From Emiliania huxleyi CCMP1516 (Eukaryota): DNA of 64,000 nucleotides. Below, in pieces: positions 52,539 to 63,149 of this stretch (positions are counted from its first letter, which is position 1; every line of letters begins with the position of its first letter). A model generated the notes under the pieces. It worked only from the letters and a program-made list of their open reading frames with translations. It had not been told where the DNA came from and ran no database searches. The DNA lies in NCBI RefSeq assembly GCF_000372725.1, contig NW_005201213.1, positions 186,001 to 250,000 on the forward strand. The letters run 5' to 3'. The position numbers were made by a program, and so were the translations under genes.

Positions 52539-53774
52539 ATGAAGGAGGGCGATGGCGCGGGCCGTAGCCAGGGCGAGGACGCGGCAGGAGAGGCAACCTG
52601 GCCTCCAAGCGGTGGCAGATCAGCGGGTCAGATCGCAAGAGAGGCGCACGCTTCTGCGGCCGAGGCTGCAGGGAGGCAGCAGATCGGAGAATCCTCGGAG
52701 CCGCAGGCGCAGCAGATTGCAGACCCTGAGCCTGGACTCGCCGAGCTTGATGCCTTGATGAACTCGATGACGAGGCAAGAAGAGATGGCGTTTCAGGCAT
52801 GGCGCGAGCAGCGCGGTCCTGCGATGTACGGCAGCATGCACGTCCCCACGGAGGTTGGCTTGGTGGCTGCCTGGCGCGCAGAGCAGCGGCTGCCGTCCCC
52901 TGCGCCATCACTTCCGCAGCAGCAAGCTGACACTGCCTCCCAGCAACAAGCCGCACAAGTCGTTCTCGAAAGCTTGGACATCCTGGTGCGCGGCGACTTT
53001 CTTTCGTGGCTCCAAGATTACCGCAATGTGGGTGACCCACTCGACGAGCCTCACTTGGAAGATCTGCTTTGCATTTGGCGCAACTCCGATGAGTATGAAG
53101 ACACAAAGAACACCCGCATCGCCGAGACATGCCATTGCCCGCGCGACCGCGAAAAAATGCGCTCACTGCCTTATGCAGAGCTCAAGCGACGTGTCGAGGA
53201 TGGCATGCTGGGTCAGCCAGGTGAGAGCCAAGCTGTCTACGATGCCCGAGTGCGCGCCGATCGACTGGCGCGCGGTGTAGAGCTCGGCGAGTACTTCACC
53301 AACCCCTCCGCCTTTAGCGGCACGCACCTTCCCTACTGCACGTGCACATACGACGGTGAAGTGGCCACGCCCGCAATTCCGGGACTGACGTGTGACGCAG
53401 ATGGCAGCATCTCAGCTGCAGACCTACTGGGTGATCTGATAAACTATGGATCTCGCGCGGGAGAGTGGCAGCCAAGCGGTGGCGACCACGTGCCTGAGGA
53501 CTGGGTTGGAGATGGCACGTTGGATAGCAATCGCGATGGAGATTATCTTGGCATGCCATACCTCACCAGCTTCTGCACGGCGTGCAAACGAATCCGTTCT
53601 GATGAGCCTTTCCTTTCGCATGTGGCCAGAGACCCTGACCTGCGAGTTTGCATGTGCATGAAAGTCTCAACCACAGTGAGCGTGAGGCTGTGCGTGGCTG
53701 TCGGAGACTCCGTGCGGCTGCGCGATGCGCTTTGCCAGCACTGTCGAAAGTCGGATCCGGTGGAGGATCAGTGA
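52539..53774 (+). CDS. Hypothetical intronless protein with CxC/CxxC motifs
   Basis: ~410-aa complex-composition ORF containing CHC, CTC, CTAC, CMC and CQHC. Confidence 0.55.
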   Translation: MKEGDGAGRSQGEDAAGEATWPPSGGRSAGQIAREAHASAAEAAGRQQIGESSEPQAQQIADPEPGLAELDALMNSMTRQEEMAFQAWREQRGPAMYGSMHVPTEVGLVAAWRAEQRLPSPAPSLPQQQADTASQQQAAQVVLESLDILVRGDFLSWLQDYRNVGDPLDEPHLEDLLCIWRNSDEYEDTKNTRIAETCHCPRDREKMRSLPYAELKRRVEDGMLGQPGESQAVYDARVRADRLARGVELGEYFTNPSAFSGTHLPYCTCTYDGEVATPAIPGLTCDADGSISAADLLGDLINYGSRAGEWQPSGGDHVPEDWVGDGTLDSNRDGDYLGMPYLTSFCTACKRIRSDEPFLSHVARDPDLRVCMCMKVSTTVSVRLCVAVGDSVRLRDALCQHCRKSDPVEDQ

Positions 53775-55337
53775 GTTACCCGCTTACGTGAAGAAACACA
53801 ACGGCCAGAGAAAAGGCAACACGCCGCAGGTCCACACTAGTCTACCCTTATAAGTCTCTCGTGTCGGCGCCGACGCTCTTTTAACGTAGAACGTCCCAGC
53901 CGAAATCCGCCCGCCACGATCGATCAGTCCACAATCGTCGGCCCCCAGCGACCCGCAGCGATGGATGCCGCCGCCCCCCCGCCCCCTGCGGCTGACGCGC
54001 CGATGCACGACCGGCCTCCGTCGGATGGCTCTCCGGCCTCTCCGGCCGCTGACGCGGCCGCCCATGCTGCTGCCGATCCGGTCCCTCTCACGCTCAGCGA
54101 TACGGCTTTATCCGCACAAGCTACGACAACTTTGAGGTCGCCGGCTTTGGCCAGGTGCAGCCACCACCTGCTTGCCTCCATGTTCACGCTTCGCGCCCCT
54201 CCCCCCCTCTGACACCGCCGTATGACCTTAGGTGAGGGGCACGACTACCCGCCTGGAAGGCGCTCTCATCAGCAAGTCACCCAGGCACCAACTCCTGGGC
54301 GTTTACGCTTGACTACGAAACCATGCAGTGGATGCAGCTCGATCAAAACGGCGACGCCAACAGCTGGTCCCTGGGCGAGTTCCTCGCCCAGGATGAGGTG
54401 CGAGTCATGATGCTCGACCCAGCGTGCACCAAGTCGCTCACATTCCGTGAGTTCGTCAACGGGCCGATCATCTCTCCAAGTCGACTGCGATCTCGGACTC
54501 CGACAACTGGACCGGTGCACCAGCCGCGGAGGACGATGGCTCCCTCGACGACATCCCTTCATCGACGGACGCCTTCACCGCCGCCGGCCCTGGGCCATCC
54601 AGCGCGGCCTCCGACGGCCTGCACGTGATCGAGCGGGTACAGAAACGGTGGCTGCCCAGCTCACACCCTAATCGATCTGCCTTAGGCACGGAGCCAACGG
54701 AGCCATCGCGCATGCCCGCATCGCGTGCGGCTCCGAGGTCTCCCGCCGAGACCGGCTCGGCGCGGCGCGTGGCCGCACGCCGCCGTTGAAAAGGCGAGAT
54801 AGGACCGAGGGGAGAGCGCCGGCCACATCGAGCGAGCGCTGACGTGTAAGGTGTCTGTGCTGCTCCGGTGTGTGTGGGATTCTGCCTCCCCCCCATCTGT
54901 GCGGCGAGTTGTTTGCGGCGCGATGCCCGATCGTGCGCGATAGCCTCCCTTGCGTGGTGTGTCGGTGTGTCGGGGTCGTCCGGAGCGTGTGGCGGCGCCG
55001 TTGCATGCAGCGCTGCTCCACGTGCCACGACTGCTTTGACTGACGTGACTGACTGTGATGAGACATGAGAGCTGATGGATGATCTCCGACAACCCAAAAC
55101 CAAAATGAAAATGCGGAGTGGCCCACTTTGGCGTGCAGATCCTGCGTCTCTCACTGCCCGAACAACAGAGACGGGTACCGCCGCAGGTCCCACACTACCA
55201 AAAGAATAAAGATGTGACGCCGGAAGGAATGGCGCTGGGATGTGAGTTTGCCGGTCGGTGGATCTGACCTACTGATGCATACCATGCGGGAGGGCCCGAA
55301 CCGGTACGGCTCTCCCATGGGGTCTGGGACGCGTATT

Positions 55338-55485
55338 TGTTGTAGAGATTTCACGTTGTAGAGCGCCTCTACATCGCTCTACAACGGAGGCGCATCGTCA
55401 CGCGCCGGATGTAGAGCTCTACAGCTCTACAGCGCTCCAGAGCGCTCTATACATCTCTACAGCTCTACAGCGCTCTACACTCTAC
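55338..55485. repeat. CTCTACA/TGTAGAG direct and inverted repeat cluster, transposon-subterminal-like
   Basis: More than 10 motif copies. The pattern resumes at 56239-56257 after the TIR insertion. Confidence 0.8.
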
Positions 55486-56238
55486 GGGTTGTTGCACGAG
55501 TATATGGGCCAAAAGCGTCGAAAATGTCCCAAAAAAGCGTGTGAGAGTTTGTGGCAGCTCCGCAGCCTGCGCGCGCTGCCGGGACGCACCGCTCGCGCGT
55601 TCGGCACACTCGGTGGACCCCACCGAGTGTGCCGAACCAACTGGAGTAAGTAGGCTCGATGCCGCGCTTGCTGTGGAGCTGCCACAAACTCGCCGGCGAG
55701 CGTGCCACCGACGGCGTCCCGTCGGAGGTGATGGAGTGTGAGACCTGAGGCTACGGAGGTGACGCCTGAGGTACCGGCCCGTGCACGGCGACTCAGCCGG
55801 CGACCGCCACGGGCTCAGACGAGACCTGTCGACGCGCTCCGGCTCAGCTTCACCCTGGTCCTCGGGCGTCTGTCGACGTCAGGACCACCCATACAGCTCG
55901 AGGGTTTGAGGTCGCAAGAGCCAAGATGGTGGCGTTTGGACATCCCAACCATCCCACAAGACAGCCTGTAGGTGATGGCGGGACGGCGCAGTGTTTGTGG
56001 CACTCGGCAGTAGGCACCTGCGGCACGGCCCCGCTGTCGGCTCTCGCGGGCTGCGGAACCGGCCCCAGAAGGGGACGGTCCGGGCGAGTGTGGCAGCTCC
56101 TGCGCTAGTATGGGCACCATCTATCACAACACTACTGACCCTGGCCATTAGAGCTGCCAGGGATAGCGTCAGGAGCCGGTAGGAGTCAAAACCCCTCATA
56201 TTTGAGACATCGTGGCCCATATACTCGTGCAACAACCC
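55486..56238. mobile_element. Non-autonomous TIR DNA transposon, 753 bp
   Basis: Perfect 26-bp TIR GGGTTGTTGCACGAGTATATGGGCCA, with CTAC on both flanks as a 4-bp TSD. Confidence 0.9.
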
Positions 56239-56460
56239 CTACTCCTCTACACACCCTCCCTCAGCAACGAACAAAAGAGGACACAGGGGCCTGCGTCTCC
56301 ATGACCATGTTGATTGTTGTAGCTTCTCTCACACAGTACATACGAAAACAATCGCGGCTCGGAGCTCGGCGGCATATGTCAGCGCGTTTTTGCTCGGAAA
56401 TTTTACAACAGAGCTCCCTCCGAGCTCCATGCGGCAAAAAGAATTCGGGCACCCCGCGTC

Positions 56461-56966
56461 ATGAGCGGCGCCGGCGGCCCAGCCCTGCTGCCCGACCTGG
56501 CACGGGGCGATCTGGGCTCGCTGCTCGCCCTCCTCTCCGGGCGACAGACACGCGGCAGGCTCGACGCGCGGCACCCGACCGAGAAGCAAGACACGCTGCT
56601 CACCTGGGCCGCTCGTCACGGGCAAGCGCCGAGGCGGTGCGGCTGCTGCTCGAGGGCGGCGCGAGCGTTGGGGCGGCTGACGGGGACGCCTCCGCTCTCT
56701 TCCTCGCGTGCGAGAGGGGCCACCTCGAGTGCGTCCGGCTGTTCCTCGAGGCCAATGCGGCGGTCGGCCAAGCCCAGGCAGAACGGCGCCACGCCGCTGC
56801 TCATTGCAAGCCAGGAGGGTGAGCTCAGCTGCGCCCGGCTGCTGCTCGAGGCGGGCGCGGTGGTCAAGCAGGCCGATGAGGACGGCGCTACGCCGCTGTT
56901 CATGGCGTGCCAGGAGGGCCACCTCGAGTGCGTCCAGCTGCTTCTCAAGGCTGGCGCGGCGGTCAA
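56461..56966 (+). pseudogene. Ankyrin-repeat gene, frameshifted and 3'-truncated
   Basis: ALFLACERGHLECVRL and GATPLFMACQEGHLECVQLLL fall in different frames. Confidence 0.75.
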
Positions 56967-57300
56967 ACCTGCCGCTCCGCGCGGCGCGCTGAGGGCAGCC
57001 GAGGTTGAGGTCGACCGCCACCACGCCGCGGCAGCGCTCGGCCTGCCTCGCAGCGTCGAGCAGCGTCTGCGGGTCGTTGCCCGAAGAGTGGGCGACCAGC
57101 GGGCAGTCGTCGGCTGGCGCTCCAGCAGGGGACGGCAAACTCCTCGGACCGGATCATCGGCGTGTAGCATAGCTGCGCGCTGTGCCGCCGAGCGAGGAGC
57201 CGGAAAGCCAGCTCGCTGCCGACATCGGGGCGAGGATAAGCCGATGCGGCGGCAACGGCTGGCGCGGCGGAGGCAGCGCGGCGGAGGTGGTCAGCCCCCT
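56965..57300 (-). pseudogene. tRNA-dihydrouridine synthase (DUS1-like) N-terminal fragment
   Basis: LILAPM, SELAFRLL..LCYTPM, PLVAH..GNDP and VDLNLGCPQRAARSG are split over three frames. Confidence 0.8.
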
Positions 57301-57460
57301 GCTGAAAAACGCAAAAGACAACAAAAGAAATCGCGGCGCCTCGACGCACCTCGTAGAAGACAACCCCTTGGGTTGTGTGTTTTCTTTCTTTCTTTCAGAA
57401 GACAACCCCGTGACAACCCCGTCTTAACTTCCCGCACGCCCCCCTGCGCCGACTTAGCTC

Positions 57461-59989
57461 TCAGAGCCCACTCACATCTGGACACTGGAGCTCGAATCCT
57501 TCCCGCTCGCTCACCGCATCGCGAATCGCTTTCTCTCCCTCGTCGCCCAAATCGTTGTACAGCAGGTTCAGCTTGGTCAGCGCCCCGTTGACGCGAAGGG
57601 CGTCGGCGATCGCGACGGCGCCCTCGCCGCTGATGTCGTTGCGGGCGAGGTTGATGGTGTTCAACACCCCGTTGACGCGAAGAGCGGAGGCCAGCGCAGC
57701 GGCGCCCTCGTCGCCGATCTTGTTGTACATGAGCACGAGGTTGGTCAGCGCCTCGTTGACCTTAAGGGCCTCTGCGATCGCGCTGGCACCCTCGGGGCCG
57801 ATGCCGCCGCTGCTGGTGTATGGGTCGCCCGAAAGGTCAAGAGTGGTCAGCACCCCGTTGACTGCGAGAGCGCCGCCGATCGCCTTCGCGCCCTCGTCGC
57901 CGATCTCGTTTTCGCCGAGGTCGAGGTTTTTCAGCACCCCGCTGCCGCGCAGCGCCTCGGCGATCGCAGTCGCGCCGGTGGGGCCGATCTCGTTGCCGCC
58001 CATGTTCAAGGAGGTCAGCACCCCGTTGACCGAAACCCCCGCCGCGACGACCGCAGCCGATCCGGGTCCGAGGACCTTCCCCGACAAGTCGAGCGACGGC
58101 ACCGCCTCGCGCCCGCGGAGCTGCAGCGGGTTGAGCGGGATCGCGCGCTCCTCGCCCACGCTCAGCGCGACGAGCGTGTGCGTCTTCCGCACCGCGCCGA
58201 GCAGCGCCTCCCGCACGCGGCCGCACACCTTGCCCCAATCGAGCGTCAGCGACGTCAGCGCCGACGGCTCCGACTCCATCCACGCGACCACTGTTCCCAC
58301 CATCCCGTCATCGACCAGCTTCAGTTTGCCGTCCTCCTCGTCCTCGGAGTCGCGAGTCACGCCCGTGCTCACGACCATCTCGCGCCCCTGGTAGATCACC
58401 TTCGCCCCGACCTCCTTGGACTCGCCCTCGACCTCGCTCGCCTTGATCCAGCCGGTAGTCCCAAGGGGGAACCCCGTCAAATCGACGCCGCTGGCCTGCA
58501 GCGGCAGTACCGTATCCATCGCCGCGGCAAGCCCGCTGCCGCCGCCGTGCTGCATCGTCGCCGCGAGCACCGCCGCGCGCTTCACCTTGAGCGCATCGCC
58601 CACCGCCGCTTGGAAGCGCAGGTCGTTGTTGTACGCCTCAGCCTCGTCGCCGAGCGGCGCCTCGAGCCGCTCGTCCGCCGCACCGGCGTCCGCGCCGCGC
58701 TCGAGGCCGAGATGCATGCGAACTAGTTGCGACGCCTCCTCCGCTGCCTCCCCAGCCACCCCCCGGCGCACCTCCGCCGCCATCTGCGCGCCCATGTCGG
58801 TGAGCAGCTTCTTGCGCTTGCCCGCCACCTGCTCGAGCGTGAGCGAGGCCATGTTGATGGAGAAGCTGCACTGGATGACGAGCGTGCTGCCCTCCACGCC
58901 CGTCAACCGCACCTGCAGGTGTCGAGAAGGGGCAGGCGATGAAGGAGAAGGCGGAGGAGGGAGGTGGAGCGAGGTTGACGCACCTGCAGGCCCATGAGCG
59001 GCGGCAGCAGCGTCTCCCTCTCGTGCGGGTACTGCGAGAGCCACGCAATGTCGGCGCCGCGGTCGATCATGCCCATCCCGAGCTCGAGCACCGTCGACGC
59101 CTTGCCCTCCGCGTAGTGCACCGCCTGCGCGCGGTCGGTGGTGGTCGACGAGAAGCCGTACTCGACGCCGCCGCGGAAGCCCAGCGCGTCCGGCTTGAAG
59201 AAGGCTTCCGGGAGCGTGGCGCCCGCCCAGCCGCGGTAGAGCGGCGTGATCTTGGTCAGCGGCGACAGCTTGACAATGATCGAGTTGATCGCGTGGATGG
59301 TGGTCGAGTACTGGTTGTGCCACGTCCAGCGCACCGCGGCCTCGCCTTTGCCTGCCGCCGTCGCAGCCCACTCGCCGAGGTTAAGCAAGCCGCACTTCTT
59401 CTGCAGAAAGGGCACCTCCTTCTCCGAGGCGTACTCCAGCCGCACCGCGCCGTCGGCGCCGCGCGCTGAGGAGAAGCGAAGGACGCCGTTGTACTTCTCG
59501 TACATCGGCCCCGTGTACAGCCGGCCGGCGACCAGCTCCTCCTTGGTGAGCGGCGCCTGCCCCGCCTTAACGAGCTTCGGGTTCATCTCGTCCGCCATCT
59601 TCTTCTCGTAGACCGAGAGCGGCTCCGGCTTGCGGCACCACTCGGGGTGGGCCGTGCGGAAGTCGCCGCCGCGCTCGGCGTAGCGGCCGTCCTGGTCCTC
59701 GACAGGCGCGACGACAAACTCCCACTCCAGCTTGGAGGTCGCGCCCTTGATGCCGTTGGAGGTGTCGAACGGCACGTCCGCATCCTTCTTCTCGCAGTGC
59801 TCCGTCTCCATGGCCTTGAGGAGCGAGCCGTCCACCATGAGCGGCGGCCCGATGATCTTCTCGAGGCCTGCCCACAGGTCAGGGGACGGGGGTCGCTGGT
59901 AAGAGTGGGCGGGTAGGATAGGTAAACTACTGGCGTGCAGCACGCCTCCGTAGAACTGCTCCACGCCGCCGAAAGCCATCTCGCCCTTG
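57461..59989 (-). CDS. R-S-E class mono-ADP-ribosyltransferase domain plus RI/NLRC3-type LRRs; 5' end lies in the gap
   Basis: RLYTGP..KYN.VLR, LYRG, GFSSTT and SQYPHERE, then LxxLxLxxNxIGxEGAxAIAxAL repeats. Introns 59868-59945 and 58913-58983. Confidence 0.85.
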
Positions 59990-60089
59990 NNNNNNNNNNN
60001 NNNNNNNNNNNNNNNNNNNNNNNNNNNNNNNNNNNNNNNNNNNNNNNNNNNNNNNNNNNNNNNNNNNNNNNNNNNNNNNNNNNNNNNNN
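59990..60089. other. Assembly gap (100 N)
   Basis: Run of N. Confidence 1.
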
Positions 60090-60284
60090 GCGCCTGCGTG
60101 CGGGCGGACCCTCACAGATCACAGATCACATACTAGTTTTCAAGCATCAAGGTGCTCTCCAAGTTAGGCACAAAAGATACCGGCCATTTAGGATTCCTAG
60201 ACGATCACTGAGTAGGCCAAAATCCCGACTGGGCCGGGAGCAACCTCAAAACGGCCAGCGCGCGGACCCCCACAGCAACAAGAA

Positions 60285-60930
60285 AAATGCTTACGACGGA
60301 CGTCTGCTGAAGCAGGCTCGCGGTATCCCGATGGGGAGTGCGCTCTCGCCACCGCTGGCGATAGGAACTCTCGCATGGATGGAGCAGGAATGGATGCATA
60401 CGCTTGAAGATGATGTCAAAGCCCGATTCCGTATGAAACGATACATGGACGATGTGATTACGATAACTACAAAGGACGATAGTGTGTGGGATGTCGACCG
60501 CTTTCGGGAGGACTTCCGCCGTTCTGAATGCTACTGGGCTCCTTTGAAGCTAGAGGCAGCAGAGAGCGCCCATTTCTTGGAAACGACTCTCGAGCTCGAC
60601 CCAAGCGGAAGCTTCCGGACGAGACTCAAGAACGTGAACGAGGAGTGCGAGGCGGTACCCCGGGTGTGGCGCTACCATCGTTGGGATAGCTTCACATGCG
60701 CGAAAATGAAGGAGGGAATCGTTGTTGGATGCCTGCTCAAGGTTGTCGCAATGGCGAGCGATGACGAGGGATTCACGCTCAGCGTGACGAGCAAGCTCAG
60801 GGAGTTTACGGCGCTCGGATACCCCTCACACGTGCTTAATGGGGCTATCGGGCGCGCGTTTGCCCGGACAAGAGACGAGCGGCTCCTTCGGGCCAGACTA
60901 TGTTCACAACGGTGGGAGGCCAACCTCTAG
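60285..60930 (+). mobile_element. Penelope-like reverse transcriptase, 5'-truncated, with no C-terminal GIY-YIG
   Basis: Q.RGIPMGSALSP, RYMDD, HFLE and a PLE-type thumb (YHRWDS..K.G...LGYP), followed by a stop. Confidence 0.82.
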
Positions 60931-61260
60931 CCATGTGAACCAAAAAGAAAAAATGTATTCTCAAAGCCAGTCAGAGCACCGTCCAAAGGCGGGTGCTGTC
61001 GACTAAGGGACAATCTTGTCTGTCGACAGCCGAACTTGTGATGGGACACCCTCGGAATCCAACTGCGTACTACTTGGCTAGCACGCTATTGGCATACCGA
61101 CGGCTAAGGCCGAAATCGGTTCACACCTGCTCTTGCAGGTGTGAACACAAAGGATTCGCTGTATCTACTCAGCTGCTCCGCTTACACTTGCCTGTGAAGT
61201 GTGAACAGCGGATTTTGAATCAGCGTTCTCCTCGAACGATATCGGTGTCGAAACACCGCT
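60902..61260 (+). ncRNA. Candidate structured RNA or element 3' UTR downstream of the RT
   Basis: At least 7 consecutive hairpins, including a perfect 12-bp stem at 61119-61146. Confidence 0.45.
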
Positions 61261-61325
61261 CTGACAGCGCTCACAGCTGCCCGCCCGCCGCATTCTCGTG
61301 CAACGCTTCGCCAGCCTTATTGCGG

Positions 61326-62377
61326 ATGGGCGCCTGCGGCTCGAGGCCGTTCTCCAAGCGAAGGCAGGGGCGCAAGGCACGTGCAGCAGCGGAGAAAGAG
61401 GCCGCCGACCAGGCGACCACTGCTGCTGCAGTGGCCGCTGCGGCTGCGGCGGAGACTGCCACGGTGGCAGAGGCGGCGGCGCTGGCGGCCGCGGCGGCAG
61501 AGAAGGAGGCGGCTGCCATGCCGAGGTCGAACACGGTCGGCGAGATCTCCACCGACGACCTTGGCGAATGGTCTCCAAACTCCTCTCTTGGAGCCGGCTC
61601 TGTCTCTTGCCTCACACCGGCAGCGGCCAGGCTGCGCGTGCGGCTGGTCAGCGGCTTGCGGCGGGCGAGCCTTCCGAACGGCGCCACCCTCTCAGTAAAC
61701 AGGGGCGCGTGTGGGGCGGCCGACCTCTTGGAGGAGTACCTCTCCCTCGGAGGCGATGCGGGACGCTACGAACTGGTCACGCAGAACCAGCGCGCCCGCT
61801 TCGAAGCCGGCGAGGTGTACACGCACGTCGGCCCGCTACTCCTCGCGATCAACCCCTTTCGCCCCCTTCCGGGCCTTTACGACGCGGCGGCGATGCGGCA
61901 GCACGCCGACCCGTCCCGCCCATCGGAGGTGCCTCACGTGTACGCCGTGGCGCGAGAGGCGTGTGGAGCGCTGCTGGGCGGGCTGGGCAGCGAGAAGGGC
62001 AGCCACTCGATCGTGGTCTCTGGCTGCTCGGGCAGCGGCAAGACGGAGACGGCGAAGCACGCGCTCACATTCATCGTCTCCTTGTCGCTGGGCGGAGGTG
62101 GAGGCGGAGGAGAGGGCGATGTCGAGGCGGTGGGAGCGAGGCTGCTCGCCGCGACTCCTCTGCTGGAGGCGCTCGGCAACGCATCCACCGCCCGGAACTG
62201 GAACTCGTCCCGCTTTGGCAAGGGCGTCCTCCTCTCGCGGAATCTTTGCGGCGACGCGGCCGCGGGGCGGGGCGAGGGCGGGCTGCGCGCCAGCATCCGC
62301 ACCTACCTGCTCGAGACATCTCGCGTGGTTGGCGGGGCGGAGGGCGAGCGCTGCTTCCACGTGTTCTACCAGCTGCT
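61326..62377 (+). CDS. Myosin motor domain, N-terminal part, runs into the gap
   Basis: VYTHVGPLLLAINPF, PHVYAVA, SGCSGSGKTE, LEALGNA, NSSRFGK, YLLE.SRV and FHVFYQL. Confidence 0.88.
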
Positions 62378-62477
62378 NNNNNNNNNNNNNNNNNNNNNNN
62401 NNNNNNNNNNNNNNNNNNNNNNNNNNNNNNNNNNNNNNNNNNNNNNNNNNNNNNNNNNNNNNNNNNNNNNNNNNNNN
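62378..62477. other. Assembly gap (100 N)
   Basis: Run of N. Confidence 1.
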
Positions 62478-63149
62478 CTTGTCGGAGCCGTCCGGCTTCT
62501 CTGCCTTCAGGGACTGGACCTCGTCCTCGAGCGCCTGTACCGTGGTGGCGGTGGGTCCGGGAGAGGAGGGCGGCGGGACGTGTGTTGGCGGAGACGAGGG
62601 ATGCGGGCGCGGCGGCGGAGGGGAGGAAAGTGGCGGGGAGATGGAGGACGGGTGGAAGGGAGACGGGGAGGCGGCGGTGGCGGGGAGGTGTGAGGAGGAG
62701 GCGAGGGCGGCGAGGACGAGGGCGCGGCGGTGGCGGTGGTGGGGCGGGGGCGGCTGGGTCGGCCTTCACGTCACGCGAAGTGCCAAGCTTGTCGGAGCCG
62801 TCCGGCGTCGACCCCGCCTTGAGCGACTGGACCTCGTCCTTGAGCTCCTGCACCTTGTTCACGAGCGCCTGACCCGTGGTGGCGAGGGTGGGCTGGCGGC
62901 GGCGAGCGGGGGAAGGGGAGGGAGGGGGACATCGGCCTTGATGTAGCGCGAAGTGCCACACTTGTCGGAGTCGTCCGGCGTCCCCGCCTTGAGCGCCTGG
63001 TTCTCGTCCTTGAGCGCCTGGTTCTCGTCCTTGAGCGCCTGGTTCTCGTCCTTGAGCGACTGGTTCTCCGCGCGTGCCTCCCCGATGTCGGCCCTGCCGT
63101 TGATGTCATCCGTCACTGCGTGCTCCATCTTCGAGGCGGTGCAACCCAT
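62478..63149 (-). CDS. N-terminus of an acylated coiled-coil repeat protein (MGCTASK), multi-exon, runs into the gap
   Basis: Heptads ENQALKD x3-4. Each exon carries (S/A)LKA..PD.SDK, and exons are separated by GC-AG introns. Confidence 0.65.

Noticed and set aside
61090..61270. Hammerhead ribozyme in the PLE 3' region
   Set aside because: GAAA segments exist, but there is no correctly placed CUGANGA core and stem III/NUH.
60993..61325. N-terminal extension of myosin
   Set aside because: Non-ATG start, and it overlaps the hairpin-rich region; ATG 61326 is more plausible.
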